Of a stretch of 64,000 nt of DNA, positions 14,469-35,537 are shown piece after piece. A program made the translations under genes and the position numbers. The notes below the pieces were generated by a model that made no database searches, was not told the origin of the DNA, and worked only from the letters and a program-made list of their open reading frames with translations. Position 1 is the first letter of the stretch. The number at the start of each line of letters is the position of its first letter. Source of the stretch: the human T2T-CHM13v2.0 reference genome, Homo sapiens; the NCBI RefSeq assembly GCF_009914755.1, contig NC_060948.1; one strand, 5' to 3'.

Positions 14469-16684
14469 TCCCAGCCCTCCTGTAGCCCCTTCAGTGCCAG
14501 AGGTCAGAGTGTTCAGGTCCATGTCCAGATCACCCTGCCTCATCTCCATTATGTACTTGGCACAAAACAGAACACACTGAGTGTGTAACAAATCCACACT
14601 GGGGCTTGGCTTCCTTTTAAGCATGAGGATTTTTGGTGGATCCTAATTTATGGTTCAACCTTCCTATTTCCACTTGCTTCATTGTTCACTTTGGAAAGGC
14701 TTATTCTTTGCTTCCTTAACCCATTCTATCCTTTGTCTTCTTTCTCTGTCCTTTGTAAGCCTGCTTCTTTCTCTTCATCTCTTTTCTTGGTCAGAGACAC
14801 CCAGAAAATTGTTCCTGACCAAGTGAAGTGAGTTGCCTTATTAGATCCCATTTGAGTCACCTTATACATTGAAAAACATTTTAAACAATGAAAACCACAC
14901 TTGTGCACATAGTTTACCTTGCTTACTTCCTTAAAGTAAATATGCTTACAACACAATTTGGACTTAAACATGGAAATTTACAGTTATTATTTGCAGTTTC
15001 CTAGTGAATTATTATTTTTTTAGACAGACACTTAAGAGCCTACTAAATATTAAGTCTTTTACAGGTTTCATTTAATCTTTACTATTCTGGGAAAGTTTTC
15101 ATTTCTTTGTTTTGCAGATGAGTAGACTCAAACTCAGGGAATTAGATATAATATCCAAGGTCATCTAGATTTCCAGGCTCTGTCTGCTGGATCACATTTG
15201 CTTTTGTACTTTTAACTGACTATGACAGGAACATATAATTTTATAATCCATCTGTAAGAACAGTGCCTGTGCATGGTTTTCTTTTTCTTTTTTTTTTTTT
15301 TTTTTTTTTTTGGTGGCCTCATTAATGTTCTATTGTTTGAAGTTTTAAGTTTCTAAGAAAACAAGATAGCAATGAGAAATTGGACAATGTCTGGAACTTC
15401 CTTCCTCTGCCTTTATTGTTGACATTCTGCTAGGTATCAGTTATGTGATTATACCCCAAGCCATAGTAACTTTCTTAAGCTAGAAGCTCCTGAAAATATT
15501 TAGTTTTTTTTTTAATCTGTAAGCTGCACTTGAGCAGTGACAAAATTTTTATTTCCTACTGGATTGATTACAGCAGTCATAACATTATTGATGTCTTCTA
15601 AGGGCTCTTTAACATAATGCTTATTTACTGAAATGTGTTTTGTAGCTTCATCAGCAATTGAAGTGGTTGATATGTGGACTCTGCAGATTATATAACCTTC
15701 CTAAGCACCTGGATGTTGCCATGCCAGATCAACCACTACCCATGGGTCAGGTAGAGTAAAAATTCTCTAGTGTTCAAGAGCTAAAATAAATAGTCTCAAA
15801 CAAAAGTCAAACTAGGATGATTTTTTTAAATTATTCAATTTATTTAGAAGTTAGCTTTTCTGTTCCTATTGAATTGTTTTGTTTGTCCTGTTTTAGATAC
15901 TAAAAATAACCTTTTCATTCTTTGGAGCTGCTGGTATTTAGTATGACAGGCAAACAATTGCCCTTTTCCCTAACACCAGCTTTTTATTATGAATATTCCT
16001 GGTGTCCATAAATGTTCTTGCTTCTTTCATTGTTTGTCTTTGCTCATTGAATTACCTTCACCTAGAAATGTCATCTCCTTAAGTCTGTCTATGCTTCTTA
16101 AGGACTCACCCAAATGTTATCTCCTGCAATCAACAGAAATCTCCACTAGCTCACCACTACCCCTAACTTCTTCCTGGATTTACCTATTTAGGCATCAGCT
16201 ATTGACTTTTTAGTATAATACATGAGAATTTAGCTCTTATACTACCCACTTTGCCTTCCTCAGATATTATCTTTAGTGATATAAGTAATCACTAATTATC
16301 ATTAGGACTTCATGAAGCCAAGTTTTCTAGAATATTTAGGATAGGATATTTCTTTCCTTGGTGCTACTTTTTGTTTTGCAGTGTCTTCCTCATAATAGTA
16401 ATTTTTAATTAAAAAATTTCTGTTGTAGCCCTTTCTGTGAGATCTCCTTCTCTTCCAAAGCCTTTGGCTCCTCTGTGCCCATTTTGGCAGGTTGTTCTTC
16501 AGCTTGGCTGTGCATATGTCATCTTGAGGTTTTTCTCATCTGCTCGCCTAGAGTACATCCATTGTTTCTTGGATCCCATGTCATCTTTCTTGGTTTTTCT
16601 CTTTGTCATTTTACCTGACTGTGTCCTCAAGTAAAACCCTGAGAAAGCATAGAGTGGTATATTTTCTGATCTCTAGCTTCTGAG

Positions 16685-16920
16685 AAAATATAATCCAGTG
16701 TTTGGGTTTTGGAGCCAGTCTGAGATAGATTTGAATCTTAGTTCTACTACTTATTAGCTCTATGCCCTTGGGCTGATTCCATAATTGCTCTATGCATCAA
16801 TTTTCCATTTGCAAAATGGGGGAACCGGTAATAGTATTAGTACCTATGTTTCTAAGGATCTGTGAGGATTAAATGAGTTGGTACATGTAAATCATTTAGA
16901 ACAGTGCCTGGTGCTTAGCC
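16685..16920. mobile_element. MIR fragment
   Basis: TTTGAATCTTAGTTCTACTACTTATTAGCT...GAGGATTAAATGAG...TTTAGAACAGTGCCTGG core. Confidence 0.7.
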
Positions 16921-17454
16921 CATCCCCATCACTATTCACTTTTGTCATAGTCTACCCTCACACTTGATTGATAGTTTGGTTGATTATGTATTTCTAGGTT
17001 GAGGATAATTTTACCTTAGAATTTCAAAGTCTGTGCTGTTGTGTTCTAACCAGTCATGGTGGTGAAGCCTCATGTCATCCTGAGTTTCACTCATTTATGC
17101 ATGACTTTCTCTCTGGAAGCTTTTAGGAGTTTGTCTTTTCCTTGGTGGCTGAAATAGCACAACATTGTACTTAGTGTGTGTCTTTTTTCATTCACTGTGC
17201 TGGGTATACCGAATGGATAGGCCTATGGATCGGCTCTTTCAAAGTTGTAATCTTGAATCTTGTCATATTTTTGTTAACTTTCTCTTTTCCACTTTATTTG
17301 TTCATTCTGAAGTGTCTGTTAATTGGATTTTAGTCCTCTTGTCTTGAGACTTGCATCTCACATTATTTCTAATTTTTTAAAAAATGTTAAGTTCTGGAAC
17401 ATTTTCCTTATATTTTGACTTTTAGGAAATTTTATTTGGACAGTCAACGTTAAG

Positions 17455-17960
17455 TTTTGTTTTGGTTATTTATTGTTGCTTAACCAATTTTCCCAAAACT
17501 TAATGGAATAAAACTACACATTTGTCTACCTGTCACTACTGTATGGGTTAACTGAGGACAGCCAGACAGTTTTTCTGCTGGTCTCGTTTGGCATCTCTCA
17601 CTGTGCGGTTAGATGGTGTCAGGGACTGGTCATCTGGATGCTCAGCTGCAGTGGAATGTCTGAGATGGCTTCTTCACCCACAGGTCACCTGCTTTGGTGT
17701 TTCTTCATGTGGCCTTCCTCTCTGGCCTCATCATATGGCTTCTCTTTCCCCGAGAGTTAGTCAGTACTTATTTTGGCTACTAGAAGCACAGATGTGGAGC
17801 TGCCAGGTGTTCTTAAGGCTTAGACCTGGAACAGGTCCAGCATCATTTCTACCAAATTCTGCAGGTTAAAGTGAATCTTGGGGCCAACCTAGATTCACTG
17901 TGGGATGGGACTGTCCAAGGACATGATGCCGGGAGGTGTGGCTCACTGGGGACCAACTCC
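17455..17960 (-). mobile_element. Old MaLR LTR (MLT1-like) fragment
   Basis: Degenerate MLT1-type motifs. Confidence 0.5.
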
Positions 17961-18205
17961 CAAGATGAACCCTGAGTTCTAAGAACTTTTTCTTCTCTGA
18001 TTATTCCTTATTCATATCCTATTTTTGTTTTATTCATGTAATATATTCACAAGTGTCTTTATGAAGTGATTTGGGTACTCTTTTGTCTTCTCCCTAGCAT
18101 CTCTTTGTTCTTTAATAAATTTTTTTCTTAGTTTATTTTGGTCTTATTTTTCTTTTTAAAACCTTTCCTTAAATATCTACTCTATGTTGCTTATCATTTG
18201 TAGTC

Positions 18206-18500
18206 TTTTTTTTTTTTTTTTTTGAGACAGAGTTTTGCACTTGTTACCCAGGATGGAGTGCAATGGTGTGATCTCGGCTCACCACAACCTCTTGGGTTCA
18301 AGTGATCCTCCTCCCTCATTCTCCTGAGTAGCTGGGATTACAGGCCTGTGCCACCATGCCCGGCTAATTTTTGTATTTTTAGTAGAGACAGGGTTTCTCC
18401 ATGTTAGTCAGGCTGGTTTTGAATTCCTGACCTCAGGTGATCCACCCACCTTGGCTTCCTAAACTGCTGGGATTAAAGGCATGAGCAACCGTGCCCAGCC
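18206..18500 (-). mobile_element. Alu (AluSp-like)
   Basis: TTTCTCCATGTTAGTCAGG diagnostic. Confidence 0.85.
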
Positions 18501-18566
18501 TGTATGTTTTCTTTAATTCCCTTTTTTGTTCATTCATATTTGAGAGAGGTACTAAAAGACTGGGAG

Positions 18567-18908
18567 TCTGGACGTGGTGGCTCACACCTACAATCTCAGT
18601 GCTTTGGGAGACTGACGTGGGAGGATCACTTGAGCCCAGGAGCTTAAGACTAGTTTGGGCAACATAGTGAGATCCCACCTTCACAAAAAAATAAATTAAA
18701 AAAATAACCAGGTGTGGTGACACCAACCCATAGTCCCAGCTACTTGGGAGGCTGAGGTAAGAGGATCACTTGGGCCCAGGATGTTGAGGCTGAAGTGGGC
18801 TGTGATCATCCTGCTGCTTCCTGCATTCTAGCCTGGGTGAAAGAGCAAGACCCTGTCTCAAAAACATAAATAAATAAATATATAAAAAAATAAATAAAAA
18901 TAAAAAAT
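18567..18908 (+). mobile_element. AluJ-like element
   Basis: GGAGGATCACTTGAGCCCAGGAG diagnostic. Confidence 0.85.
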
Positions 18909-19848
18909 TGGGAGTTCTTCATGGCCAGGACTTGCCAACTGATAGCTTTTAGGGGGAATGTATGCTGATTCCTAATTGTCATCCTCTACCCCCCATCTTA
19001 TCTCCCAGTGCAATCATAAATGATGGCTGGAACTACTCCATTTCTCTGGAGGTGAAATCTACATTCTCTTGTCTGAGGTAGATATGTTTGCTTGGGTTCT
19101 GCTTAAGGAGATAGGGGAGAGCAGTGTGTTTCAGGGCCTGGAAAATGTGTTCTCTATATAGGCTTTTGGTTGATCTCTGTTTTCAGTCTTGCCTATCAGT
19201 CCCACTCTCGGGGGTACCTGGTGTCGGAGTCTAGAACCTTTCCAGGTTGCTGTGGGACAAATTAGCTTCCTTGTTATCGGTGTCCCCCTGACCTCCACTT
19301 TGCTTTGCTTTGCTCCATTAATTAACCATTTTCCGTTTACTGTCATTTTCTAATGGAGGTGAATTCTCTTCTGTGGGTAACCCCATTTCTTTTTTTTGTA
19401 ATTGTGTGTTTATATATCGTTTATTCTTCACTGTATTTCTAGTGGAGCCTCAGGACAAAGAGCAGATGGTGGAAATATGTGTTCAGTGTTCAGTTTTTTT
19501 CTGTAAGACATCTGCAACTTGTGTTTTTCACTGAATATCACGTGGACTTAATGCATATAGAGCTACCTTGTTTTTCATGATTGTGCCTACAATTCTATGG
19601 AGAAATATAATTTGTGAATTACCTGATGAAATTTTCCTAATTTTGAATCATCCTTGCATTCCTATAATAAATACTGTTAGAATGGCTATGGTAATATTTT
19701 ATTTTTGCATTTTTATTTCTGTATTAAATAAGATTATAGTTTTGTTTGCTTCCTTTCAGGCTCTTATTTCAGTATCAAGGGTGTGCAGGGCTAACTTGGG
19801 AAGCTTTACATCTTTTCTCTAAAACCTAGGATGTAGATCTAGTTTACA

Positions 19849-20065
19849 CAGTAGTTTTCAACTGCAGGAATATTTTGCCTCCCATGGGACATTTGGAAAT
19901 ATCTGGAGACATTTTTGTGGTCACAACTGGTCACGGTCGGGAGGTCTTACTGGCATTCCATGGGTAGAGGGGATGTTACTAAATGTCCCACAACACACCA
20001 GGAGAACCCTCACAAAGAATTGTCTGGCCCAAGATATCAATATTGCTGAGGCTGACAAACCCTGG
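19849..20065. mobile_element. MER20 (hAT) element
   Basis: CAGTAGTTTTCAAC...GGGACATTTGGAAATATCTGGAGACATTTTTG...GAGGCTGACAAACCCTG. Confidence 0.75.
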
Positions 20066-20542
20066 TTTAAATAAATGTCCAATTTGGAGGATGAGTCTTT
20101 GTCTTTTTCCTTTTTCTGTGTGTATGGGTCTCCAGATTTTCCATTTCTTCAGTTAGTTTTCATAACTGTAGATTCTTAAAAGAAATGAACACTTCTCCCA
20201 TACTTCTAAGGTGTTGTAAAGATGTGTAAAGTTTTCACTTTTTGCATCATATTCACATGTGGCTATATGCCCTTTTCTCTTCAAAGGTTTCTTTATCTCG
20301 ATCAATTATCAGAGGTGTGACAGTTTTATTATCTTAGTCTTTTGAAATAATCCTCCTTGAGTTTTATTTTTTAAATTTAGTGAGTTTTTTTGTCACATTT
20401 TCCTTATGTCTTAATTATTTCCCCTTTTTGTTTATTTTGCTTTTTCTAGTTTAGTGGATCAATGTAATTTAAATTGCCTTTTAAACAAACCTGTAATGGT
20501 ATACATTTTCTTTGGGTGCTGCTTGACTTTAGTGCACAAGTC

Positions 20543-25976
<5,434 letters not shown>

Positions 25977-26465
25977 ATCTGAGAACAATAAAACAATTTG
26001 AAACAAAAATGTCTCCAGATCTCTTAAAAGGAAGCTAGGGCAGCTTTCTGTAGTGCACTTCCCAAAAATGGGCTGATTTACCTCAAGAGGTAGGGATTCT
26101 AGCCTACAAGGGATACATACAGGAGAAAAAAATCAGAAAAAGAAAAGAGATTTAAATAATAAAATGAAAATAACAGTAATCCCTCATTATAAAGGAAATC
26201 ATTCTTTTTGTAATAATTTGGATGACAAACATTAAGAAAAATCTTTAATTTGCCACTCAAAACATTCTGGTTTGTTGCTTTTTATATGTTTTTCTGCACA
26301 TAAACCTTTTAAAAAGTAGAATTGCAGTATGTAGTCTTTTGTCACTTACTATATTTTGGGCATATTTCTGTGGCAGTAAATATATCCTGGAATCATCATT
26401 TTTAATAGCTGGATGTATATTAAGTTAATCACTGCCACCCCAGAGGTGAATTTTCTTATACATAC

Positions 26466-27341
26466 TTTTTTTTAATTATACTTTAAGTTTTAGGGTACAT
26501 GTGCACTTTATGCAGGTTAGTTACATATGTATACATGTGCCATGCTGGTGCACTGCACTCACTAACTCATCATCTAGCATTAGGTATATCTCCCGATGCT
26601 ATCCCTCCCCCCTCCCCCCAGCCCACAACAGTCCCCAGAGTGTGATATTCCCCTTCCTGTGTCCATGTGACCTCATTGTTCAATTCCCATCTATGAGTGA
26701 GAATATGCGGTGTTTGGTTTTTTGTTCTTGCAATAGTTTACTGAGAATGATGATTTCCAATTTCATCCATGTCCCTACAAAGGACATGAACTCATCAATT
26801 TTTATGGCTGCATGGTATTCCATGGTGTATATGTGCCACATTTTCTTAATCCACTCTATCATTTTTGGACATTTGGGTTGGTTCCAAGTCTTTGCTATTG
26901 TGAATAGTGCCGCAATAAACATACGTGTGCATGTGTCTTTATAGCAGCATGATTTATAGGCCTTTGAGTATATACCCAGTAATGGGATGGCTGGATCAAA
27001 TGGTATTTCTAGTCCTAGATCCCTGAGGAATCGCCACACTGACTTCCACAATGGTTGAAGTAGTTTACAGTCCCACCAACAGTGTAAAAGTGTTCCTATT
27101 TCTCCACATCCTCTCCAGCACCTGTTGTTTCCTGACTTTTTAATGATTGCCATTCTAACTGGTGTGAGATGGTATCTCATTGTGGTTTTGATTTGCATTT
27201 CTCTGATGGCCAGTGATGATGAGCATTTTTTCATGTGTTTTTTGGCTGCATAAATGTCTTCTTTTGAGAAGTGTCTGTTGATGTCCTTTGCCCAATTTTG
27301 ATGGGGTTGTTTGTTTTCTTCTTGTAAATTTGTTTGAGTTC
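26466..27341 (-). mobile_element. 5'-truncated LINE-1 (L1PA2-like) with 13-bp TSD TTCTTATACATAC
   Basis: ORF2 C-terminus (ORF 26680-27234) and 3'UTR; TSD at 26453-26465 and 27339-27351. Confidence 0.95.
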
Positions 27342-27782
27342 TTATACATACATTTTAATGGGCTCGAGCAAATATTATTGGACTGAATTCATAGAAGTAG
27401 AATTTCTGGAGGAAAATAATTTTTAGGGTTTTTAATAGAAATTTTCAAATCATTCTCCAGGAAAAGTGACTCCGGTTATACTCCCACCAACAAGGACAGA
27501 GCTCCAGGTTCCCCTTTCCATTTATCATCTTTCCTGCCTTTATACAGAAAATCTCATTGTTTTCATGACATTTCTTTGATTTCTTGTGCTTTTGAATCTT
27601 TGTATATGCCATTGGCCATTTTTATTCTTATGAGAAGTGCCAGTTTCTCCATTGCCCATTTCAGTTGAAAATCATTTGTTTTTTTTTCTCAGTAATTTTA
27701 AAGATTTATTTATAGGCTAAGGATACAAGCCTTTTATCTGTCATTGAGGTGACAAAACTTTCACCCGGTAAGTAATTTGTCA

Positions 27783-28060
27783 TTTCATTTTTTCTTCCTT
27801 CTTTTATTTTTCCTTTCCTCTCCCTTTCTTTCTTTTTCTTTTTCTTTTCCTTGTTTCTTTCTTCTTCTTCCTTCCTTACTTTCCTTTTCTTTCTTGCTTT
27901 CCATTCTTCATTTTTTTCTTTTCTCTCCATCCCTCTCTCTTTCTCTTTCTTCTCTCTTTCCTCTTTCTTTCTTTTTCTTTCTTTCCCTCTCTTTCTTCCT
28001 TTCCTTTCTTTCTCTTTCTTTGTTCCCTCCCTCCTTCCTTCCTTTTTTTCTCTTTCTTTC
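27783..28060. repeat. CT-rich low-complexity polypyrimidine tract
   Basis: About 280 bp, almost purely C/T. Confidence 0.9.
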
Positions 28061-28174
28061 ACTAGCCAAGCTCCAATGTCACATTTCACTTAATTTTTAT
28101 CCTGCCAAATTTGAAGCCTCTTAACTCAGTGATTTTAGTGTAAAACAGGAGCAGGAGAAAATGTAATTATCTAA

Positions 28175-28447
28175 GTCTTGCTCTGTCACCCAGGCTGGAG
28201 TGCAGTGCCATAATCATAGCTACTGCAGCCTCCAAATCTTGACCTCAAGCAATTTCCCACCTCAGCCTTCCAGGTAGCTAGGACTACAGCTGTGTGCCAC
28301 CACACCTAGCTAATGTTTAAAAATTTTTGTGGAGATGTGAATTCGCTATGCTGCCCAGGCTAGTCTTGAACTCCTGACTTCAAGTAATCCTCCCACCTCA
28401 GCTTGCCAAAGTGCTGGGATTGCAGGCGTGAGCTCCTGCTCCTGGCC
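28175..28447 (-). mobile_element. AluJ-like element
   Basis: Old Alu lacking tail. Confidence 0.8.
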
Positions 28448-29184
28448 AAGAGTTTAGTTTTGTTTGCTAGTGGTGTTCTTGGTATCTTTTCATATTTGAG
28501 GCTTTGGGCTAGTGCTGAAGTATTACACTCACCATCCGCTGTCCAGGACTTTTGTTTTATATTGAACCGATGGAACTGTTTAGTTCTGCATCTTTGCAGG
28601 TATACAGAATGTGCCTACCAGGAATCTGCTTTATATCCATTGAAAGCAAGAAATAATACAGTAAAACTTTGCCTGGCTAGAGGCTTTGAAAGAATGGCAT
28701 ATTCTGGTTTTATTCTATTAACTTGGAAGTATGAAGGTTAAAAAAAATTCAAAACTTAAATTTCCTGTTGAATACAATTTGAAAATATGGCCAATGATTG
28801 CACTTTTCTTCTCTAGTAAGGTTGGACATTCTGATCTACTTGGTGTTTTATTATAGAACTGCTAGTGTGCCTGAGTGTTACATTGTGAAGATACTTTTTT
28901 AAAACTTGCGATGCAAGAGGATGAAAATGGTTTTGTAGGAGATCAGGCTGGATGAGAACGGACACTTGTAAACATACGTTTTAGACTAAATCTCTGATTG
29001 CCACTTGTTTTCTTATGGAACTCATAAAAGTAAAACACATTGGATGGAGGGTGGGAGCAGGAAGGAGATTCTCGTCTTTTAATTGCATGTCATTGTTTCA
29101 TAACAAGGCAGAACATATGGCAACCCTGGCTTTGGACCTACAGAAGTAAACACATTTTACTAACTGCTGTATGCCAGAGGTTCT

Positions 29185-29330
29185 TGAACACCTGGAGGGA
29201 TTGCTGAACCCTACTCCAGAGTTTCTGATTCACCAGGTCCAGGGTGGGGCCTGAGAATTTGCACTTATAAAAAGGTCTCAGGTGCTGCTGGTGCTGCTAG
29301 TCCATAGACTACATTTTGAGAACCACTCTT
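29185..29330. mobile_element. MER5A-like (hAT) element
   Basis: GAGTTTCTGATTC...GGTGGGGCCTGAGAATTTGCA...TTTGAGAACCACT. Confidence 0.7.
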
Positions 29331-29638
29331 GTCTATTAAGTGTAAATTGTAGAACTCTAGAAAAAAGCTTAGTTTGGTCTGGGATAAGAAGCACACAGGT
29401 TATGGAGAAAATCATGAAAGATTCAACCCTTGATCCCAGCCTAGTGTGGATTTCAGGTAACAAGCAATACACAGTGACATAACACAATTCTTGGTTTTCA
29501 TGATTGCAAGTCATAGCCAGATATCAAGTGAGAAATTCAGTTTCATTTGCAAGGCTTAGAGAGGCCAGGTGATTCTAGAAAAATGGGCCTTGTATTTGTT
29601 TTAAACCAGTAAAGAGCTTTAAGTGCTTATTAAATTGA

Positions 29639-30037
<399 letters not shown>

Positions 30038-30398
30038 TAGGAGGATAAGACAAACAATTTTCCAAAAAAGAGAAATCATTGTGATTATTTTATCCTCCTG
30101 GAATGTTGGATACTATAGTCTGCTTCATTAATCAAGCATGCTATGGATTTTCCATTTTTATATGATCTACATCTCAAAAGGTAAAATGTACCAGGTCATG
30201 GCCCCCAACCCAGCCACAGATCCCCTCTGATGACAAGACCGGTGCCAGAGTCCATACTAATCCTGTGGCATACCAGACTGGGCCCCCCAACCCCAGCACC
30301 TCTGGGCTCCCCCCACCAAAGTCTTCTCAGTCAGCCCCACCCCTTCAGCAAGCCACTCAGTCCTTGCCCTTGCCAATCACCACAGGGTGAATTTGGGA

Positions 30399-30660
30399 GG
30401 GTGACTCCTGGGGCTCCTTGCTCCATACTTGGCCATCACCTTCTGCTGCCCCAAGCCCAACCTCCCTGGGCTCTTTGGGCTTGTGTCTCCCAGGACCTGG
30501 GTCCCCCAGCCCCAGGCCCTGCCCTCACCAGTCATCCCTGGGTGACTTTGGGCTGGTGACTCCTGGGGCTCCCTACTGCAGACTCTGCCCTCCCCTCCTG
30601 CTGCCGCAAGCTCAACCTCCCTGGGCTTCTTGGGCTGGTGTCTCCGAGGACCTGGGTCAA
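30399..30660 (+). repeat. Diverged ~157-bp tandem duplication in GOLGA intron 1
   Basis: GGTGACTCCTGGGGCTCC...CAACCTCCCTGGGCT...AGGACCTGGGTC occurs twice. Confidence 0.8.
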
Positions 30661-31305
30661 AACCCTGTATTTCCCTCCCCCATCATGGAGTGGCGACTCC
30701 GGCATCGCACTGATGTCCCCTCCCCTGGGAGGAGTGGAATGCAGTGATGTCACAGTGCCCCTAGGAACTGTCATTACTGCTGCAAGACCGGCCTTTGATC
30801 TTACAACCCAGTCCCCTAAGTTTTCTCACCCCATTTCTGGTTCCTCTGGTTGCAGCCTAAATTTCCAGCTGGAAGAGGAGTGGAGACTATGGGACGTATG
30901 AGCAAGAAGTTTCAGGCTGCCTTACTCCCTTAACAATGTCTAATTGACAGTGGGAAAAGCTTACACTTCCCCTGTGAACTCAAAATGTTGACAGTATCTC
31001 TGGGTGGCAATGGGAGAATGGGTTTGGTTTGGTTTTCTCCCAGGCTTCTACTTTCCAGAGAGACTTTGACAATTTTTTCTGAGTTCTCCACAGTTCTGGG
31101 ACCAGACTGCCCTTCAGTCAGTGGTCTCTGAGGTGAGATTTGCCCATCTTCTGTGGAATAGATCTTGGGAAACTGAACTTGACAGCTTGAATCTTCTCAT
31201 ATCATCTCAACCTGGGGTACTTTGAGTGCTACAGGATAAATGTGGGACATCTTTCTGAAGCATCATTTTCCCTTGATTCTCTTGAGAAAAAATATTAATG
31301 TTCTT

Positions 31306-32515
<1,210 letters not shown>

Positions 32516-35500
32516 TTGGGTTGTCCTCTTTCTGATAAATTCCCAGATTTAACAGAAAAGCTGCCTTCTGCCATGAGGACACATTGATATGAAAGTGTGA
32601 GAGGTACTCGTGCACTTCTTTACACTAACAGACATGTGAGGATGTATGACTCTAAACTACACGGCCTACAGTTCCTGCCTGCTTAATGTTTACTTTTCTA
32701 CCACTGTCCCTGGTTTTGGTCCCTGGAAGCTGCTGATTCATGGCAAAACCCCAGAGCTTGGAGTCAGAAGACTGAGTTTAAGTTCCAGTATTGCCTTTTT
32801 CTTTCCTTCTTTTTTTTTTTCTATCCATGATATCAATCACTCTCAGTCACTAAATGATTGTGACAACATCTTGTACAGTTGTTGGTGGCATTAAACCAGA
32901 TGGTGTATAAGAGTATTTTGTCAAAACTGTAAAGCAGGATGTGGCTATAGGGGCTGATTGTTCTCATGAGTGTTGCTGCTCTTCTTTCCCACAGTTAAAA
33001 GAATATTGGCAGAGGAAGAGCCCTGGCATTCCAGCAGGAGCTAACAGGAAAAAGAAAATCAATGGCAGTAGCCCTGACACAGCCACTTCTGGTGGTTACC
33101 ACTCACCTGGGGATGTGAGTCTTGGCTGGCCAGGGTCCTGGGGACAGGGGGCCTAAGGGGCAGTAGGGGGTAATTTTTAAGATTGTAGATGGACTATTGG
33201 GTACTGGTTAAGAATTCTGGGTTTGAATCCTGCCTCTCCGTCTGCTAATGATTGATTAGGGATTGATTAGCATATGATTTAGGGCAAGTTGCTTGAGGTC
33301 TTTGGGTCTCTGTTTTCACATCTGCATAATAGAGGTGGTATTTTTGACTTCCATTTGTGAAGTTTAAATCAGATTTGTTATTGCTTATATGTGAATCCTT
33401 AGTACATGGCCTGCTGTAAACACCCAGGACACCCAGGAAATGGTTGTTGTTTGATTTTCCTCATCCCCAGTCTCAAGGGGAAGCCAGTTAATGAGAAGAG
33501 ACACTTGCCATCAGGCTGTCCCTTTAGGAGTCACTGAAAGGGCCCCAGGGTGGGATGGTGGGGAGATAAGAACCATGAGAGAAGTTGGCACAAAGGAGTT
33601 ATGGGACAAAGGGTCCAAGATAGGCAGAAAAGAAGCTTTTGCCAGTTGATGGGGAAGAAAGGAAATCAGAGGGCTTAGACAGTGAGGGGGGACAGAACAT
33701 CTCCATGTGCACTCTCATCTCTTGCAGTCAGCAACAGGTATCTACGGGGAAGGCCATGCATCATCTGCTACCCTGGAGGATCTGGAGGTAAGAGGCCCTG
33801 GGCTGAGGTGCAGTGACCCTGCAGGCCAGCCCTCCAACCTCCTCCCACAGCAGGGGCTTGTTGCCCCTCTGCCAGCTGAGACAACCCACACCCTCCACCA
33901 GCCCTAATGATTGTTCTCTCTACCCCTCCCCACAATCTTCCTCCAACTCCTCCTCTCTGCATGCACCTCACAGCCAGTACCGAGAACTAGCAGTGGCCCT
34001 GCACTCAAGCTCCGCAATAATCAGTCAACTCAGTGAAAACATCAATTCACTGGTAAGAGTCCAGTGGGGTCCCCTGATTCCAGCTGGTCAATCCTGGACT
34101 CCAGTTTTCCCTTGGTGCCCTGAAGAAAGGGGCCAGGAGCCCCTGATGCCAAGGGCAAATGGGGAGCTGGGGCACCCAGGCCTCACCTGGAGGGACCCCA
34201 GAGCACAGAACATGCAGCATGGCTCTTCTGCACTGCCCTCTTTGCTGACTCTCTCTTCTCCAGACACCCTTGCTCTAGTTGTTGCCACACATGCCCTGGG
34301 GTTGTCATCTCTCAGGGAAGCACTAGCCTGACTGGTTGTCAGAGGCCCGTATTTCTGCCCTGCCTCAGCCCCTAATTTGCTTTTTGAGTCTGGACAAGCC
34401 ATCTCTCCTCCTTAGGCTCATGTTTCTGGAGGAGGTAGAGAGTATCAAAGGTCACTGTTAGCTCTGAGATTTAAAGGCCCCTAGAATGGAAACCTCAGGG
34501 CCAAGGGCTCCTGTCTGTCCTTTGCTGTCTTATATCTCTGCTATGAAGAATTGTACGTGCTCAGTAAATGTTTGTTGAATGAATGCACCTTTCTCAATCA
34601 CAAGGTGGCAGAAGGGGGGTGGGACTTTCTCAAACTCTGTCTCTAGAGGTTCAGCAGCCCCTCTCCAGGGCCCTTTCCCCTCTGTGCTTTGGGCAGGTCC
34701 ACGCATTGAAAGAGGGGAAGCAGCATGAGATACATTGGGTACAGAAGCTTGGGAGGAACTTGTTCAAACTCAAAAACCAGATGGTTAAGATGGGACTGGC
34801 ATGACCTAGGAGCAGGACTGGCATCAGAGGGCTGTGAGGGTGACTTAGAATGCCCCAGGGAGGAGGGTGGATGGAAGGGCTTTGAGGCAGAGGGAAAGAG
34901 GTCTGTGCCAGGAGATGGCAAGTCTTGTCATCTCCATGAACCTCAGTGTCCCTATCAGTAAAGAGGGAGGAGTGCCCATTGTCAGCCACCCACAGTGCTC
35001 TCTATCTGAAAGTGACTTTGAAGATTGGCTACCATCCGGGTGTGAGGAGTCATTAGCAGTGAGGCCAAGTTTGGGAAGCCTGAGAGGAGGAGCTGTCCAA
35101 CAAAGGGAGGTTTTTTTTTTTTTTTTTTTTTTTGAGAGTCCAGAGGCCCTTATTGTCTGCTTCCTTTCTCAGCTGAACCCCTGGCCCCAGAGCCCCCAGC
35201 AGGGCCCTCTGAGGTGGAGCAGCTACAAGATGAGACCAACCACCTAAGGAAGGAGCTGGAGAGTGTGGGAAGACAGCTCCAGGCTGAGGTGGAAAACAAT
35301 CAGATGTTGAGTCTCCTGAACAGGAGACAGGAGGAGAGGCTGCAGGAACAGGAGAGGCTGCTGGACAAGGGGTAGGAGCTGCTGGAACAGGAGAGGCTTC
35401 AGGAGCAGGATGAGAGGCTGTGGCAGCAGGAGACTCTGTGGGAGCTGGAGAGGATGCTGGAGCTGGAGTGGGAAGCCCTCTACAAGCAGCAGGCCGAGCC

Positions 35501-35537
35501 CCACAGCAGCTTTGAGGAGCTGGTGTGTTGCCCCACC

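Noticed and set aside
27706-28124. K/E/R-rich and F/L/S-rich ORFs
   Set aside because: Translation of a CT low-complexity tract
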